25,647 nt of DNA from a virus. Its lineage: Duplodnaviria > Caudoviricetes. The stretch's first letter is position 1; each line of letters opens with the position of its first letter. The notes beneath the pieces were generated by a model, which was given only the letters and a program-made list of their open reading frames with translations, was not told where the DNA came from and did not search any database. The position numbers and the translations under genes were made by a program. Shown here piece by piece: positions 24,564 to 25,647 of this stretch. Location of the stretch: positions 1 through 25,647 of IMG/VR virus record IMGVR_UViG_3300023108_000130. One strand, given 5' to 3'.

Positions 24564-25091
24564 TTAAGAAGTAGTCGCTGATTCCCAGTATTGTACTTGG
24601 AATTCCACTGTGAATCGTTCGATCTCATCTGTTGCCTGATAGGTAACATCGATCGGACTAATCGCAGTTGGGAAACAACCTCTAAAGTTATATGTTTTTA
24701 GTGTTGAACCATCTTTGTCCAATTGCTCAACAACTAAGTCAGCTTCATAATCCACAGGATTTGTTAGACCAGTATTTGCACTGTGTGCATTCATACCGTT
24801 CATCCAACGCTCCAAAGAATTACGGATGCTGAAGTCAGTATCGTTAATGATAGTTGGTGTCCATACATCGAATGTACGATCACCAGCCATTTTTAATTGA
24901 CGACCACGGAAAGGAACAATAATTGTACCCATTGTCGACGCTGGTAACTGAGCTGCCTCACATAGGAATGAGGATAGTTCTACGTCACCGTTTGCATAAC
25001 CTGGGAAGTTGATAGTTGCCTTAAATAAATTAGGGCGTGCACCACCACCGCGAAGTTTTGCTTTAAAATCATCTACGCCTAAAACTGCCAT
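24564..25091 (-). CDS. gp19: Tail tube protein
   Basis: GGARPNLF, PFRGRQLK.AGDRTF..W and F.VEFQVQYW motifs. Confidence 0.97.
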   Translation of the reverse strand: MAVLGVDDFKAKLRGGGARPNLFKATINFPGYANGDVELSSFLCEAAQLPASTMGTIIVPFRGRQLKMAGDRTFDVWTPTIINDTDFSIRNSLERWMNGMNAHSANTGLTNPVDYEADLVVEQLDKDGSTLKTYNFRGCFPTAISPIDVTYQATDEIERFTVEFQVQYWESATTS

Positions 25092-25102
25092 CTTTTATCT
25101 CC

Positions 25103-25647
25103 TTATACCTGTAGTCCAGCGACTTCTTCGAAGTCGACACCAGATCTAACAGCAACAAAGTTTAGAGTGATGTAGTTGATTGAACGTGCTGGCTTGATGA
25201 AGATGTTAGCAACGAACTCGTTTCTATCAATGATAGCTGGAGTGTTGTTTGTCTCATCACATACCACACGGAAGTCTGTAATACCACGACGTCCTTTGAT
25301 CTCTCTTAGGAACGGTTCTACGATATTCACAAACTCTGCTCTTGTAAACTCATCGTTTAATTCGAACAATGTGTTGCGTGCTGCCAGAGCGATTGCTCTT
25401 TCTACGACATTAAATAGACGACGTACATTAATACGATCGAATGCACTTGGTCTATTCATATGTGTTTTATCACCATAAAGCAAAATACCTTGTCCTGGTA
25501 GATTTGCGATTGGGTTAATACCTGCTTTGTACAACGTATCTCTTTGAGCTTTAGTTGGTGTATAAGCAAGTGATGTAACACCCAAATATGCACCACGACG
25601 TGAACCTGCTGGAGAGAACCATGGAGCTGCATTTGCGTCTGAAGCTG
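25103..25647 (-). CDS. gp18: Tail sheath protein, C-terminal part (5' end beyond window)
   Basis: PWFSPAG.RRG, SAFDRINVRRLF, VVCDETNNT and IKPARSINYITLNF motifs. The frame is open to the window edge. Confidence 0.97.
   Translation of the reverse strand, partial: ASDANAAPWFSPAGSRRGAYLGVTSLAYTPTKAQRDTLYKAGINPIANLPGQGILLYGDKTHMNRPSAFDRINVRRLFNVVERAIALAARNTLFELNDEFTRAEFVNIVEPFLREIKGRRGITDFRVVCDETNNTPAIIDRNEFVANIFIKPARSINYITLNFVAVRSGVDFEEVAGLQV

Noticed and set aside
989-25478. Numerous 60-154-aa antisense or shifted ORFs inside core genes (e.g. 6187, 10602, 12620, 17261, 20229, 21522, 25176)
   Set aside because: These are shadow ORFs from codon bias of well-identified genes, with no SD or recognisable motifs.
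1-25647. tRNA, rRNA, CRISPR arrays, introns/inteins, homing endonucleases, transposases
   Set aside because: None seen. Core genes are uninterrupted and of normal length, and the intergenic spaces show no cloverleaf or spaced repeats.

Overview
This window is part of a T4-like myovirus (Tevenvirinae-like) genome, with the gene order typical of marine T4-like phages. Almost all genes are on the minus strand. In transcription order they are: a virion block (gp18 partial, gp19, gp20, gp67-like, gp21, gp22, gp23); a small plus-strand early-type cassette of 3 ORFs plus a structured intergenic RNA; gp3, uvsY, uvsW, gp55, gp47, gp46, gp45, gp44, glutaredoxin, gp62 and regA; an hsp20-DUF1127 small-protein operon; and gp43 DNA polymerase. 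After gp43 come an AEP-type primase and a tightly coupled cluster: 2OG-Fe(II) oxygenase, cupin, HAD phosphomannomutase-like protein, cytidylyltransferase, a dCMP-type thymidylate-synthase homolog and an AsnB-like amidotransferase. That cluster looks like a cytosine hypermodification pathway. Other notable signals are a ROSE-like RNA thermometer before hsp20, a two-state RNA switch at ~19.2-19.35 kb, repeated promoter/terminator cassettes including an orphan antisense promoter, and several unannotated translationally coupled small ORFs. DUF1127 plus ROSE hint at an alphaproteobacterial host (inference). All calls come from manual motif recognition and hand-folding; no searches were run.
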